Assembly (NCBI RefSeq): GCF_001194135.2
Contig: NC_068983.1
Coordinates: forward strand, 80,245,917-80,309,916
Reading direction: 5' to 3'
Source: Octopus bimaculoides
Lineage: Eukaryota
DNA: 64,000 nucleotides
The notes below the pieces were generated by a model. The model did not search any database. It had not been told where the DNA came from and saw only the letters and a program-made list of their open reading frames with translations. Positions 25,350 to 39,525 of this stretch are shown here, piece after piece. How positions within the stretch are numbered: the first letter of the stretch is position 1; the number at the start of each line of letters is the position of its first letter. The translations under genes were made by a program, and so were the position numbers.

Positions 25350-27881
25350 GTGAGTAAATATTTTCTTTATTTTGCTTTTTTATTTCCAATTAATTTCTAA
25401 ACCTTTTATATTTCTACACATTCACAAGTTATAAGGAATACTGATACTATAATAACTTTAATTTTATTACAACCTCACCCTATGAATCGAAAAACATTTT
25501 GGATAGCCTTCTGTCTGACAACTGAATGCTGCTTTCTAAGCACAAATGAAATTATACATGAAAATTCCTGGATTAGAGAAGAAAAACCACAATGAATGTA
25601 ATTACCATGTAACTCATCAGTATCACATGGTTTTTAAGAGCTACATTTTTCCTTCAGAACATATATACTTTTTTATTGCTGAATATATCTAGTCAGAACT
25701 GCTATAGTATCATTTTAATTTTCATAGAGGACAGCTCTGTGAGAAATTTAAAACATAGAAGCAAGCTTTAGCTGTATATTAGTTAGAAATTTGGTTATAA
25801 CATATTACATTAAAGATGAGCCATGATCACCATTTAAAACACATATGGCTATTATATTCACTATTTGTATATTTTTGGATACTATTGTATACTATAGAAT
25901 ATCAGAAATATTATTATGCATCTATAACCCAATCATATAATTCCACAACTGTAGATATACATTGAAATTTTGTGACACTTCTATACTATACAAAACTACC
26001 ACAAAATAAGACAAAAGTGAATCTACATGTATATGTGTGTTAAATTACTGTCATGAATCTTCAACAATGTAATTGTTTAAGTTTCAACAGAGACACTCTC
26101 AGATTAAGTTATTTGCCAAACAAGTACTGAATTATTTTTCCTAAAATTCACAAAAAATTTAATGATTACTTTTGAATATTATCAGTATATTTTTATTTAT
26201 AAATTGTTTACTTATATACAGCTGAACATGACACCTCTTTTGGATATAAGAGTGTGTGATTCTGCCTTCAAATTTCTTCCAGCTCTTCCTCAAAGGAAAA
26301 TCAAATAAGTCATCAAAGATCCTGTTTTCTGATTCCATGTATCTTACATGTCATGTGCTTTCTTTAGGTTGAATTTTGAAACCTGTGGAAAAAATACTTT
26401 TTGGTTTTTGATCTACTGACTGTCGATGGCTATGGTCAGGATCTTCTATTTTGTCATCCTTTTTTGAAATGACATGCTAGATACAAAGTATCTGAATCTC
26501 ATATTGATGAAAAGATCATATCAATAAAATTTGCTGCAGTTGTAATCTTCATTCCAGGAGAATAACTCATTCATAAATATGTGAAATCCATCTTAATGCT
26601 TTTATCACCTCCAGACTTGGATATGTGTTTTTTCCTTTGTTGGCAACAGTTGCTCAAACATCAGTAAATTATAATTTCTACTTTGATATTCAGTATGTAC
26701 TGTTATGGGAATGTCAAATATTCCTAGAATCAATACTGATCTAATTTTATCATTGAAAATGCTATTAATGATATATAAAAGCTTTCCTCCATTGAATATG
26801 TCCTATGACAGAAAAGAGAGATATGAATAAGTGATATAATGATCGTTTACATGAAAATGTTATAGATAATTATTGTTTAGTATCTTGTCAAAGAATATTA
26901 TCAAATAGTGCTAGTTCTCTCCCATTGAACATGTTGAAACATATCCCTTCTTTGTTAACAAGGTGTGGAGTAAGTAAGATAACAAGGTGTGGAATAAATA
27001 AGATAGATGATGGCTGCTACATGAATTTTAGTTTTCTTAAGAAGAAGCCCAAGTAGACATTCTACACTAATTAATTCATAGGAAAAGGAGAATTACTGAT
27101 GTTTTTTATAGCCTTTTCATCAGTGGCTTGTATTTTTTTAATAAACAAACTTTCCTTATTAATTCTTGTTTTATCTGGGGTATATTCTGTACATTGATAG
27201 AGTGGGAAGACAAGAAATTTGGAAGATATGGTTTTCATGCATGTTTCCAGATGTTCACTAAGTGAAATTTGTTTATATATGATGTGAGCAAATTATCTGT
27301 AGCATGTCTTCTAAAACAGTTATGAAGATATATTCATTATGTATTCATTTTTTAAAATAAAATTGTAGCTTTAAATTGTTTCACTGTTACATTTATAGAA
27401 GTAACTTGAAAATTATTTTATAATATAAAGGATTTAAAGAAATTATTAGAATTTTTCAAAGTTCTGTAACCTAAAATATCTTAATCTATATTCAAATGTT
27501 TTAAAACTTGCACATATGAAATATAATAATTAAAAAAGAATGTGAACACTGATGTACAACAATTTTGTGGCAATTCATAACCATTTTTGACATTACCAAA
27601 ACCATTGTTTCCTTTCTTAAGTCATATCATTGAAAAAATATCATATTGCTGTAAATCAGTGACTGACTTGTTGGTTAATATTTTGTATTCATACATTCAA
27701 CAAGCCTATTGTCCACAAATTCTTTTGATGCAGCAAAACCTTTACTTGTGGCACTATACAGCTAATGAATTAATTTTATATGAGAATATATATTTATAAT
27801 TGTGGGAAAGTTAAACAGAAAGAAGTTATTTAGCAATAGAAGTAACAATATTTTAATTTGACCTGAAGTTCCATCTCCGCG

Positions 27882-27941
<60 letters not shown>

Positions 27942-29145
27942 TCAATGTTTCTCCAGTTCTGGTTATTTACAACTTGACAGAGTACATGTGATTATTAACA
28001 GCATCAGAACTAATGAAATCTTAACAAGAATCAAATCCAGGATCTTTTCATTTTCAAGCTCTTGATCTCACTTTAACTTAATATCTTAACCAGATGATAT
28101 TTTTTTATAGTCACAGCGAGTATATTATTTTTGATTTATATGAATTGATCAAAATATTACAATGTTTGATCAAAACTAAAAAAGTTGGAAATTTGTATAT
28201 TGACACCTGTGCTCTACTGTATCTTAAGTCAGAACACTTTCTATTGACCCAGTCCATCTAAATCTAAACACTTACTATATTGTGGGAACAACTTATTCTA
28301 TGACAAGCAGTAACTGTACTGGACTAACACTGATGAGTTTTTTATAAGTTTGCAGAGCTGAATTCAATTCGTTCTGTGAGTATAGATTGCCCCTATGACA
28401 TACAGATTATGGAACTCACCTCAAAATCCATATGATTAATATTTACAGAATCAATTTTCATTCCCTGTGCTATAAATGATAAATAGATCAAAATATAGTT
28501 GGCCATTGGGTCAATGTAATATGGAAATGTAATAAGTAAATATGAAATACTGGGATAATGCTTTCATTTTAATCATTGTGCTTAATAGTTTTTTGCTTAT
28601 CGTTAATATAAGTCTTTTGAATAAGCTTTCAAGAGGAGATTGATTTCAGAAAATATTTTTTGAAATAATGAAGATAATGGAATATATTACACATATAATT
28701 AATGATCACTGCTACACTCCATTCCATTTTGTAAGGTTGGTGTTGCAAAAAAAATTCTTTAATTATAAATATTCTCTGGTGAAGCACTTAAAGAACTATG
28801 TTGAATTTTTGTTTTATAAATCACATTATAAATCAACATATAATGTGACGTATAAATTTTGACAGACATGAATAGTTTGATAAATTAACGTATATTTTGA
28901 CAAGCATATGTTATATTTGTTATTTAATGTTTCCAATCTTATTTAAATGCAAGTATGAACGAAATGAATATTTGCTTTTTAAAATTTATTTGTACGACTG
29001 GGTTTGTGTTAGCAAACATTTACATATTTGAATGTATATTCCTGTGTGTGTATGTATTTATTTCCTTTCGAAAATTTAATTTCTACAGTCTGGTTATGTG
29101 TATTTACATAATTAAATGTATATGCATATGTGTGTTTGTGTGTTC

Positions 29146-29295
29146 AAGGCAGCAAATTTGCAAAATCAGAGCATTGGATAGAATGCATTATAGTATTTGT
29201 TCTGACCCTTTGTACTCTGAGTTCAAATGCCACTGAGGTCAACGTTGCCTTTTATTCTTTCAGAGTCAATAGGAAAGTACCAATATGTGGGGGAT
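29146..29295 (+). mobile_element. SINE family A, partial
   Basis: ctgagttcaaatgccactgaggtcaacgttgccttttattctttc core. Confidence 0.7.
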
Positions 29296-29504
29296 TGACT
29301 GAACTGTAAGAAAATCACACCAGATACCTGGCAGTATTTTCCTTGGCTCTTAGTATTTACAGTTCAGATTCTACCATGGCTTACTTTGGTATTAGACTTA
29401 ATCTGTAATCTGGTTTAAGGCTAACTGTTTCCCTTGTTCCTACCAGTCTTTGGGATTCTCTAAGAAGCTATGGACTTTTCTCTTCTCACTAAAATATACA
29501 AATA

Positions 29505-29690
29505 AATAATACATTCTAATTTTGACACAAAGCCAACAATTTTGAGAGGAGGATCAAGTCAATTACATCAACCCAGTACTTAACTGAAAGAATAAAAGGT
29601 TAAGTCAACTTCAGTGAATGTTAAGAGTCAGAAGAAATGCAGCTAAGCATTTTGTCTGATACACTAACAATTCTGCCAACTCACTGCCTT
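29505..29690 (-). mobile_element. SINE family A, internally deleted
   Basis: gctaagcattttg...aacaattctgccaactcactgcctt is the reverse complement of the head. Confidence 0.72.
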
Positions 29691-30320
29691 GATGAAAATT
29701 AATTATAATAATCATCAGATTGTTATTTGAGTGTTTTGCCAACAAACTCCTTATCCACTTTCTTATTCCTTGAGAGTATACCCTGACACCTCATCCTTGC
29801 CATCCTTTCCTGCTGGGGTAGCCATGTATCTCCTCTGCACCAAAACACCTGTTCTTGTCTACTCAACACCTAGTAGAAAGCCACCACCCTCATTTTTGTA
29901 TTGCCCCTCTATCTAAGAGTCTTGTCTTGCAAGTTATTTGGTAACCTCACTAGTGCTGATGCCACAGAAAAATCACCCAGTACAATCTGTAAAGTAGTTG
30001 GCATTAAGAAATGCATCAAGTTGTAGAAATCATGATAAAGCAATCCTCTGGCTCATCAGATATGTATGTGTGTGTCTATATATGCTTTCTATGTATCCTC
30101 TGGGACTTATCTAACTGAAAAATCCAAGCAAGTGAAACCCTTTTTATAATATCAGTCCTCACACTTCTCCTTTGGATGTATAAAAATACACAGGAAATTC
30201 TAAATACTGTTTTTTTTTTGTCATGCAGTTTAACTTTAATTATGTAGTGTGTGTGTGTGTGTGTGTGTACATTTACATACTTATATGGGTGTGTGTATGT
30301 ATATGGGGAGGTGTATGTGT

Positions 30321-30540
30321 ATCATCATCATCATCATCATCCATGCTTGCATCAGTCAGATAGAGTTTATTATAGCAGCTTTTCTACAGCAGGATGCACT
30401 TTCTGTTGCCAACCCTCACCTGTTTCCAAGTAAGGTAATATTTACCCATAACCAGACATGTTTTAGCAGTATATTGGAAATGAATAGTACTGTTTGTATG
30501 ACAGTGACACTCATTTCAACTATCACATGATATCAAGGCA
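30321..30540 (-). mobile_element. Composite SINE D body and tail
   Basis: (cat)n ccatgc...ttctacagcaggatgcac...cacctgtttccaagtaaggtaatatt. Confidence 0.65.
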
Positions 30541-30868
30541 CAATGTGCTATTTCCAGCAGAAGATATGTCTGAAACCCAGACAATTGAAGAAAGCTATCA
30601 AGGAAATAAGGCATAGCACCTGGAACTACCTCAAAATAGCTATGGTTGATTAAAAAATTGCATTGGTGAAGACTAGCTCAGTCCTTGCTGCCCCACTCAG
30701 GTGAAATGTACAGGCTAAGGGACAAAACGCTTGTGATCCTGAGGTGCCTGCTAATGATACAGAAGGGTTTCCAGCATTGCCATGAATTTAGAAGAGCTTG
30801 CAAAACCTCTGAGTAGCTCTTGCAGTTTCTACATGGGGCAAAGCATTTCTGATGTTTTTCACACACAC

Positions 30869-30939
<71 letters not shown>

Positions 30940-30943
30940 TAGC

Positions 30944-30991
<48 letters not shown>

Positions 30992-31020
30992 GATGAGTGA
31001 GTGAGAGAGAGAGAGAGAAA
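30869..31020. repeat. Compound microsatellite (GATA)n(GACA)n(GATA)n(GA)n
   Basis: Directly visible. Confidence 0.95.
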
Positions 31021-31857
31021 GGGGTCAGTGGGACCTTACTTAGACTCAGATTCTCTTGGTTTGTGAGATGCATAATTGTTCTTGTATTGACCTTTATTCT
31101 ATTCTCCTTCTTCTGATGTCTTATGTGTATATTGGGAACAATTTTTCTTTCAAATAGGTTATATTAAAAACACTATTAATTCAAGTCTGATCTTTTGTAT
31201 TAAATCTTTTACATATTCCTCTTTTAATACCATCACATTATGATGAGAATGGCACTGTGAAAGTTTAAAATCATTAATAGACTAACAAATTCAAAGACAT
31301 TATTGTTCCCAACTAAAAATAAAGGATTGAAGAAATATGAAACATTTTCAATGGAAATTATCAAATTTGAATATAGTCATATTTTAATATAACACACACA
31401 CACATACATGTACAGACATTTTTTTTTTCACGTTTGTAAATTCATTTCTATAAATTCAGTTACATTCAGTAGTATTTTAATTAATGATTGTGTATTTAGT
31501 GGTATATGAACCCCCTTTGGTTTTTCTTTGTTACACTTCTTTTTTATTATTCAATAAAAGTCTTCTCTCGCAGAGATATATTTCCAATGCTCTGCCACTC
31601 TAGATTTTCTACCTTTCCTTACTTGATGGACTTTATCTATTTTTCCCTCTAATCAGAGTTTTCCAGCGTTCATCACATCTGATCTTCTGGAACCGTAACT
31701 TTTATGCTGTCTTTGCAAGTTGCCTGACATGGTTTGAAAATTATATCAGCAAAATGTATTTTATATAGTAGCATGAACAATGAGATAATAACTTAATTGA
31801 TGCTTACTTAATAATCGGCATCATCTCAGCAACAGAAACATACAATATATTTTGTAT

Positions 31858-32198
31858 GTAGGCATTGTGTTAAGAAATTTGATTTCTGCTCTTGTGGTCT
31901 CGGGTTCAGTTCAACTGCACAGCACCTTGTAAACAGAAGCTGAAAGAATCTTATCACATGTGTATGTGTGTGTGCACACCATTGTCTAAACATCATTTGA
32001 TGTTTATAAATGAACATTATCATTATCATACCAAGCTTGTTCATTTCAAGTCTTCCATGAAAAACATGTCTAGCTATGAGAAATTATTACCTTGCCTAGA
32101 AACAGGTGAATCTTAGCAACAGAAAGAGTATCCAGCCATAGAAAATCTGCCTCAACAAATTCTGTCTGACTCATGTGAGCACAGAAATGATGATGATG
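31858..32198 (+). mobile_element. Composite SINE D
   Basis: Family B head, (TG)n, then body ending tatccagccatagaaaatctgcctcaacaaattc...(gat)n. Confidence 0.68.
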
Positions 32199-32980
32199 AG
32201 AAGGAGGAAGAGAAGTTTGAAGATGATGGTGATGGCAGTGGTAAACATACAATACAGCCAATCATTTCAAATATTTTTGCTTTTTATTTAGAAAAAAAAG
32301 ATTATTTTATATCTATTTTTTAAACAATAGGGCACAATGATTAACTTTACTGTTTACTCTCTGAGTTCAAAAAAGAAAAAAAAAAAAGAAAGGTATCAGT
32401 GAAATGGTAAAATTGTAAGAAAATCAGATCAGTTGCCTTGCAGTGTTTGTTCTGGCTCTTTGATTTCGGAATTGAAATTACTCTATCTTACTTAGTAAAT
32501 AGATTTAATCCATCAACCTGTTTAACACCACCACATGGCACTTTTAGTGCCTTTAGTAGAATCTACTTTGTTGCAAGTATTCTGGAAGGTCTCTGGTTTG
32601 AGTTTATCTTATTCCCACTCTCCCATTCCTCTTGGAGGCCCTATGAAAGAGCATCATCACTGCTGTCCTTCCTGGTTAAAAAATATTTTTAAAAATTTTA
32701 AATACAGTGTAAGTAATAAATATGTTTATAATAACAAATCCTGTTTCTTCAACTTTTCTTCTTTTTTAACTATTATCAGCCACTCCTATCTTCTTCCATT
32801 TTTTTAATTTCATTTTTATATTCTCAAAAATTTACTAATATTTTAACACTATATTGATATCAATTGACATTGAACAAATACATTTAAACAATGTATATTG
32901 ATGTCAGTTGACATCTATGTATAGTGATGTCAATTAATAAAAAGTTAACCAACAAGAATTCTTTTTGCTCAATATTTAAG

Positions 32981-33212
32981 GTATGGTCACAGCTTGATGG
33001 CATTTCGCTTGTCAAGAATTTGTAGCAATCAAGATCCTGAAAAGTCGCTGGAACTTGGTCATCACATCCTGAAAGCCAACATATATAAAAACCTGTGTCG
33101 CCAGTCACAGTTTTCATCGCGAGTTTTTCTTGCCTATTGGATGTGCCTTTGCTCTGACAACCTCAATGCTGCTTTAGTCACTCAACGGAATCTTTTCTCC
33201 CCAAATGTTAAG
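32981..33212 (+). CDS. TANC2: TANC exon 7 (RYGHSLMAFRL...LELGHHILKANIYK...NLFSPNVK)
   Basis: Acceptor AG at 32979-32980, donor GTAACT at 33213, 232 nt, phase 2-0. Confidence 0.95.
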
Positions 33213-34323
33213 GTAACTAACATATTATTTTAACATAAAAATGATTTTTGAAAAATAATGTCAATATAATTTTATTATTACATTTACTTCTTTATACTTA
33301 TAGATAGAATATAAAGAAATTAAACATGCAGATGAAAGCATGCATCTAGTTCTCATTGTTTTAGAAAGAAAAGACTTTAACATTGTCATAATAAATATTT
33401 TTAAACAAGCCACAAGTGTGATTATTTTATAATTTTGTTGGTTTTTTTAATAAATATTTAGACAGATTTAGATGACTAGTTGTGTAGCCATACAAAAGAG
33501 AGACAAGATAAAGCATATTGGTGGTTGGTGCTTTTAATGTTATGCCTTCCAAATACTTGGTATATTAGTCACTGAGAAGAAACTGCTTAAACTGTCAGTT
33601 TATGGACTATTAAACAAACTCAAACAATGCCCTTCATAAGTTCAGTAAATAAGTGTGAATGGTGAGCAGGGTGATTATCCCAAGGTGGGATAACGGGTCT
33701 TTACAGACCCTTCCAGACTGATTTCAGTTTAAACTTCCATAATTTGATATCTAAAGAAAATATGGTCATGGATGAGATAAAAAGGGAACCTCTACATGGT
33801 TGCTTGATCTGATAGAATTAGCATGCAGATCTTTGTCTTACAACTCCCTACAATCTTATAAAAGAAACATTTTACTGGAGTAAAATAAAACATGATAGAC
33901 TTGTTGATCTATTTGATCCAAGCTGATCTGGGATGAAACAACAATGTCATCAAGTAAAGGAATTTTAGGAAATTTCTATATAGAGAGGATGAAGTGTTTA
34001 GTAAAGAATGCGAAGAGTGAGACAAAATATTTGTGAATACTTGAGTCACTATACAACAGATAGAAGGGAGATATGATAAATTGGTGTTTGGTGAGTTTAC
34101 TGGTATGTCTTTAAGAAACTTACAGCTAGAATTGTTAGAATGCAGGTGAATTTTATAATTGTGGGTCGCATTTGGTAATGATTACCAAAATCAAATTTTA
34201 AACCATTATAGTTAAAATGTTTTAGTAAGAGAATATTTTATATATGTTTTTACCTGTCTGTTTCTTTTTTTATATTGAGAAAAGAAAACTTTGGTTCATT
34301 TTCTTTTTTTATCCTTTATTTAG

Positions 34324-34560
34324 GTTAGCCGCTTACTTATATTAGCCGGAGCTAATCCCAATGCCAAGAGTAACTTTCTCAATCAAGCCCCAATTTTGTG
34401 TGTGAGTGCACGAGAAGGCTTCCTTGAAATGGTGTCATCATTGTTAGAATTTTCAGCCTATGTGGATGCTGTATGTGAAGATGGGATGACTGCCTTATGT
34501 CATGCAGCTGCTAATGGACATCTGGATGTTATTAAATTATTGTGTTCGAAAAAAGCAAAT
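34324..34560 (+). CDS. TANC2: TANC exon 8, ankyrin repeats ([13 protein letters not shown]...)
   Basis: Acceptor tttAG at 34322-34323, donor GTAAGT at 34561, 237 nt, phase 0-0. Confidence 0.95.
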
Positions 34561-35515
34561 GTAAGTAATTATCTTCATATTTCAACAGACATCATTCAAA
34601 ACAACAAAATATCTTTGCAATGATCTCAAATTCTATTTCAGCTTCTGACAGTGTGATAAAAAGAAATATATATATATATAAATTATAACTTGTTCTTTCA
34701 TTTTATCTAACATATGACAGATGGAATAAGATTAATCTCTTGAATCATTTTTGTATTTACTGAATTTGATACCAATTTATCTGTACTCAATGTCTCTTCA
34801 AAAATTTTTCTTTACTAGAGTTTACTGCAACCAGTTAAAATATTTATAATCTTTTCAAAACAACCTGTGCTTCCTTATATGAGACTGATCCAAACTAACA
34901 GCATTCCCTAGCATTTTCCCTGGTACAGAGTATTAGTGAAGTCTTTATGATGCATCTTGAATTTTCTAAATAAAGAAACAAAAATATAAATGAAAATATA
35001 TTTAGAAACAGTGTAAAAATATATACATACAGAAGACAAAATAAACTGAATACTTCTTGGTAAAATATTCTCAATATTGACCCCTTTTCTTGCTAATACT
35101 TTTGATACTAATCTACTTGAGACTACCCTCTTGTCTTTTTTTTATATATATAAACCTGCATGTTTAAACTGTTCATATTTAAATTAGATCCTTTTGTTAT
35201 GGTTTTATATAAGAATATTTTGTTTAGTTATATTTCAAATACCAAATTAATATAAAACTATTGTAAAATTAATCATCTTACTAAAGGCATACAAATTCTT
35301 AAGTATTTTCAAAATTAATTGAAACACAAAAGCATTGTATTTCATTAGGTGTGTGGTCATATTAAGATTAAAACAGTGGCACCAAAGCTTACTTTACTGA
35401 AAGTTCCTGCAACTTGAGAACTGGTTTTGGCTTGACGAGAATGTAATATTTCTCATAAAATTGATATTTTCTTTTGTATATCAATTGTTATATTTTGATT
35501 AATTTTTCTTTTCAG

Positions 35516-35692
35516 TTAAGTCATACAGATAAATGTGGACAATGTCCAGCCGTCCATGCAGCCATGCATGGACACCTTGAGTCATTAGCTTTCCTCTTAC
35601 AATGTGATTGGTCAAGCGCATCAAGTCAACAACAAAAGATTGAAGCCATGCAACAGGCATTTGTTGCTGCTGCTGCAATGGGGCACAAACAT
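35516..35692 (+). CDS. TANC2: TANC exon 9, ankyrin repeats
   Basis: Acceptor ttcAG at 35514-35515, donor GTAAGT at 35693, 177 nt, phase 0-0. Confidence 0.94.
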
Positions 35693-36772
35693 GTAAGTGT
35701 TCTTTTATATTTCAATCCATAAATTCAAAACAGAAAAAAATAAACAACCAATTACCAATAATTGATTGGGAATTTAGTTTGAAATATGTATCTATACAGT
35801 AACATGGTAGATTGTTTTTTGAATTATAATGTTCCTGCTGTTTCTCTTTAGCCCTAGGAGAAGCCTAATAAGGCTAATGTGTAATAGGAAGTATTTTAGC
35901 TGTGAATATGCTTTTTCATAGACACTGTGTGCTTATGGCTACATCATCCAGCATGTCTTTTTTTCTTCTCTCGAATGGCTGGATTTTAGGAAGGATTTTG
36001 CTGAAAAGCTTTTTTCTACAAAGCTGAACAACCATACAGAGGCACTCTTGTTAGCTTTGTTATTATGTTTAATCCATACTTCTCCAACCTCATGAATCAA
36101 CAACAGCTAATTTTTTATGGCTGTGTGTTACCAGATAAACATATCAACTTTTGAGCCTTGTTTCATCAATGACAGAATTAATATAAGTATATATTAGCCA
36201 ATATATGAGAAAATACAGAAATGAATATTGTAAAATCGTACATATATTTTAGCATAATAAAATGGCTAAAATACTGCACAAATATGTATATATAGTATAT
36301 GTTGTATTTATGATGACTTGAGATGGAACATAATATGAAAACTTAGTGAAGAAGGAAAATTGATATAACAACAGATGGCAGCATAAGATGAAGTAGACCA
36401 AAGTTGTTTGGACACATTGTGGAAACAGAACTAGAAATATTCTGGGATAAATGAAAAAATATCATGTGAAGCAAGAAGTAGAAAAGATTTGAAGAAAATA
36501 TAAAACAAGAATATAAATATTACCTAACAGTATTTGCAATAAATTAAGACATCAAACTTTAAAAGAAAAAACATCAAAAAGAGAGGTTAGAATAAAAGTA
36601 CTTGAATATTTAGAGTGATTTAAATGAATGTTAATGAAATTTTGAAATGAATATTTTTTTTAAAATTAATTTTAAATTTGTTGGATATTAAATATGTTTA
36701 AAAAAAGAAATGTGATGGTGTGGAGAAGAAATATATTTCATTAAAAAGATATACCTTTTGTTATATTTGCAG

Positions 36773-36860
36773 ATCTGTGATTATTTAGTAGTACATGCTG
36801 TTGGGAGAAGTAATGAAGCTTTCAGCATAGATGCAGTTGATACTTTAATTGGAGAAACAG
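36773..36860 (+). CDS. TANC2: TANC exon 10 (ICDYLVVHAVG...IDAVDTLIGET)
   Basis: Acceptor tttgcAG at 36771-36772, donor GTTAGT at 36861, 88 nt, phase 0-1. DTLIGETAL matches TANC DTLWGETAL. Not in the ORF track. Confidence 0.9.
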
Positions 36861-37699
36861 GTTAGTAAGATAATGTTATATATGTAAATATTGACTTTAC
36901 TCAATGTATAGATACATGGTAATTATATGGATTGACTCATAACTATAGTCCTTTTTTTTTTCTCTCTCCCATAATAAAGTTAAAAATGGAATATCTCTGA
37001 AAGCAGACATAAAACAATTTAAAAACTCTTAAAATACATTTTATCATCACAGCCAACACATCTTTAAAATATTATTCCTTAACTGGAATTAAATCAAATG
37101 TGGGATTAAAAGAAAAAAAATCATTCTAGTGCAGTTATTTGATTGTTAACCATTCAAATAACATAAGTAATTGTATTAACTTTTTTTTGACTTACCTTCA
37201 TCTGTGTATGCAGGCATGGCTGTGCAGTTATGAAGTTCACTGCTTTGCAACCATATGGTCCTGAGTTCAATCCAACTGCACAGAACCTTGTGAACTTAAC
37301 AAATGCTTTATATCATACCCTTAGGCTTACTATTTTTTATTAAAATTTTAAGTGCAACAATTTTCTAATATTTTCTTTTCTGACAAAATACAAAAATCAG
37401 TATGTTATAAAGTTATATTGTCTTACAAGATTTGATTTTAGAAAATTTTCTAAAATGCAAAATTTTCTCTATTTATATAGTACAATGTATTTTCAAGCAT
37501 TTAATTTATCTTGTTCTGAATATATTATTATAATTTTAAAATATGTGAAGAGAATTTTCTAATTTTTGTTCTTTTTTAAATTCTGTGGTTAGAGTATATT
37601 TTAATGTTGATCTGACTTTTAAGAAATGTGTCTTAAATTCATGTTTATAATCACTACAATCTCTTTACATTACAAATATTTTCTGTCTATGATTTAAAG

Positions 37700-37957
37700 C
37701 ACTAACTGCAGCTTGTCTTCATGGCCGTGAAGAAGTTGTTCGTTATTTGATCAAGCAGGAAGCCAATGTCCATCTGGCTAATACCAAATCCTATAGTCCT
37801 CTGCTTTGTGCTGTGAAAGCAAATAAATGTGAAGTGGCTGAAATTCTATTCCAAGCTGGAGCTTCCATAGAACAACCAGATAAAAATGGTCATACTCCCT
37901 TGATGCTGGCTGCTGCTGAAGGACATATTAACATATTAGAAATGCTTCTCTCAGCAG
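37700..37957 (+). CDS. TANC2: TANC exon 11, ankyrin repeats
   Basis: Acceptor AG at 37698-37699, donor GTAAAC at 37958, 258 nt, phase 1-1. Confidence 0.93.
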
Positions 37958-38096
37958 GTAAACTAAAATTTTGTTATAACATAGCTGTATAGTTCCCTTC
38001 ACAACAATTTGTTTCCAGGTTTGAAAGAAACTCATCTGTCTGTCTGTCTATCTACCTCTCTGTCTGTTTATCTATCTATCTATCCATCCATCCATG

Positions 38097-38129
<33 letters not shown>

Positions 38130-38422
38130 GTATATATATATATATATATATATNNNNNNNNNNNNNNNNNNNNNNNNNNNNNNNNNNNNNNNNNNNNNNN
38201 NNNNNNNNNNNNNNNNNNNNNNNNNNNNNNNNNNNNNNNNNNNNNNNNNNNNNNNNNNNNNNNNNNNNNNNNNNNNNNNNNNNNNNNNNNNNNNNNNNNN
38301 NNNNNNNNNNNNNNNNNNNNNNNNNNNNNNNNNNNNNNNNNNNNNNNNNNNNNNNNNNNNNNNNNNGTATTGGTTTAACGCTCGGGAATAGAGAAATATA
38401 TATATACGCACACACACATACA

Positions 38423-38468
<46 letters not shown>

Positions 38469-38509
38469 TTCACACACATATATATATATACACACACACA
38501 CACACATAT

Positions 38510-38724
38510 AAATGAGTGCTGAAAAGTTTCTGGTTTTGGGTAAAAGAAAATACAGGAGGAGGATCAGTTAATTATGATTTTATTCAACATATTCTCCTCT
38601 CAGATTGACAAACTTATTGCAGCAGTCTTTTAGTTTTTCCAAGCTCTGTTAAAGAACTTAGAAGGTTAGGCCTTCAACCTGGCCTTTCGCAACACCCTTA
38701 AAGAGAGGAACTTTTCAGCACCCA
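38510..38724. mobile_element. Mariner-derived MITE
   Basis: Inverted termini gagtgctgaaaagtt and aacttttcagcaccc; internal attttattcaacatattc motif typical of mariner ends. Confidence 0.65.
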
Positions 38725-38866
38725 CTGTTTCTGTATGCCAAATCCACTCTCAAGATTTTAGTCAGCCTGGAGCTATAGTGGAAAGCATTTTCCCAAGATG
38801 TCAACAGTGGGACTGAATCTGGAATCATGTGATTGTGAAGCACACTTCTTACCATACAATTATACT
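38724..38866 (-). mobile_element. SINE family B head, diverged
   Basis: Reverse complement reads tatggtaagaagtgtgctt...ttcagtcccactg...gagtggatttgg. Confidence 0.7.
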
Positions 38867-39073
38867 TTTGTTATACCTTCTTGTTTAAATTCTGCTGTAT
38901 TTAATTCCAAACAATAGGAAGAAATGAATTCAGTGTCTTACATTGTTGCCAATAAAACTGTTTAAAAGTAAATTGTTTTTATTTCTTAAATTTTTATCAC
39001 AGATGTGTTCCAGATTTATATCTTACTTTATCTTTTCCATCTTTTTCTCTTTTTATTTTTTATGTGAGTACAG

Positions 39074-39249
39074 AAGCCAGTCAAACTGAAGTTGACAAGG
39101 ATGAAATGACTGCACTAAGTTTAGCTTGTTTACATGGCCATCTGCAGATTGTACAGATTCTTTTGAGTAGAGGTTCTGATTTACATCATGTTGACAAAAA
39201 TGGGCAGATACCTTTACATCTGGCATCATTCTATGGAGAGCCTCAAATC
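39074..39249 (+). CDS. TANC2: TANC exon 12, ankyrin repeats
   Basis: Acceptor cAG at 39072-39073, donor GTAAGT at 39250, 176 nt, phase 1-0. Confidence 0.92.
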
Positions 39250-39525
39250 GTAAGTTGTCATTCATTGTTACCATAATTCTTTCTACGTTCTGTGTATAAT
39301 TCTTGATAACATCTGTGCTGCCAAATGAGGTAATGATAACATTTACAAAAGATTCAATGGACTTTAGATTTGATAGGCTGTTTTTGTTTAACCCATGGTC
39401 AGTCTAACCAAGTAGAACTTAAGAGGAATAGCAAACTAATCATGACCACCCTGCCTTTTAAGGATATATAAGTACTGTATTTTCAGACTTATATATAGTC
39501 TTATATAAGTCATCATAGTATATAG

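Noticed and set aside
26955-27006. 24-bp tandem duplication aacaaggtgtgga.taa.taagat
   Set aside because: An ordinary two-copy slippage duplication in an intron.
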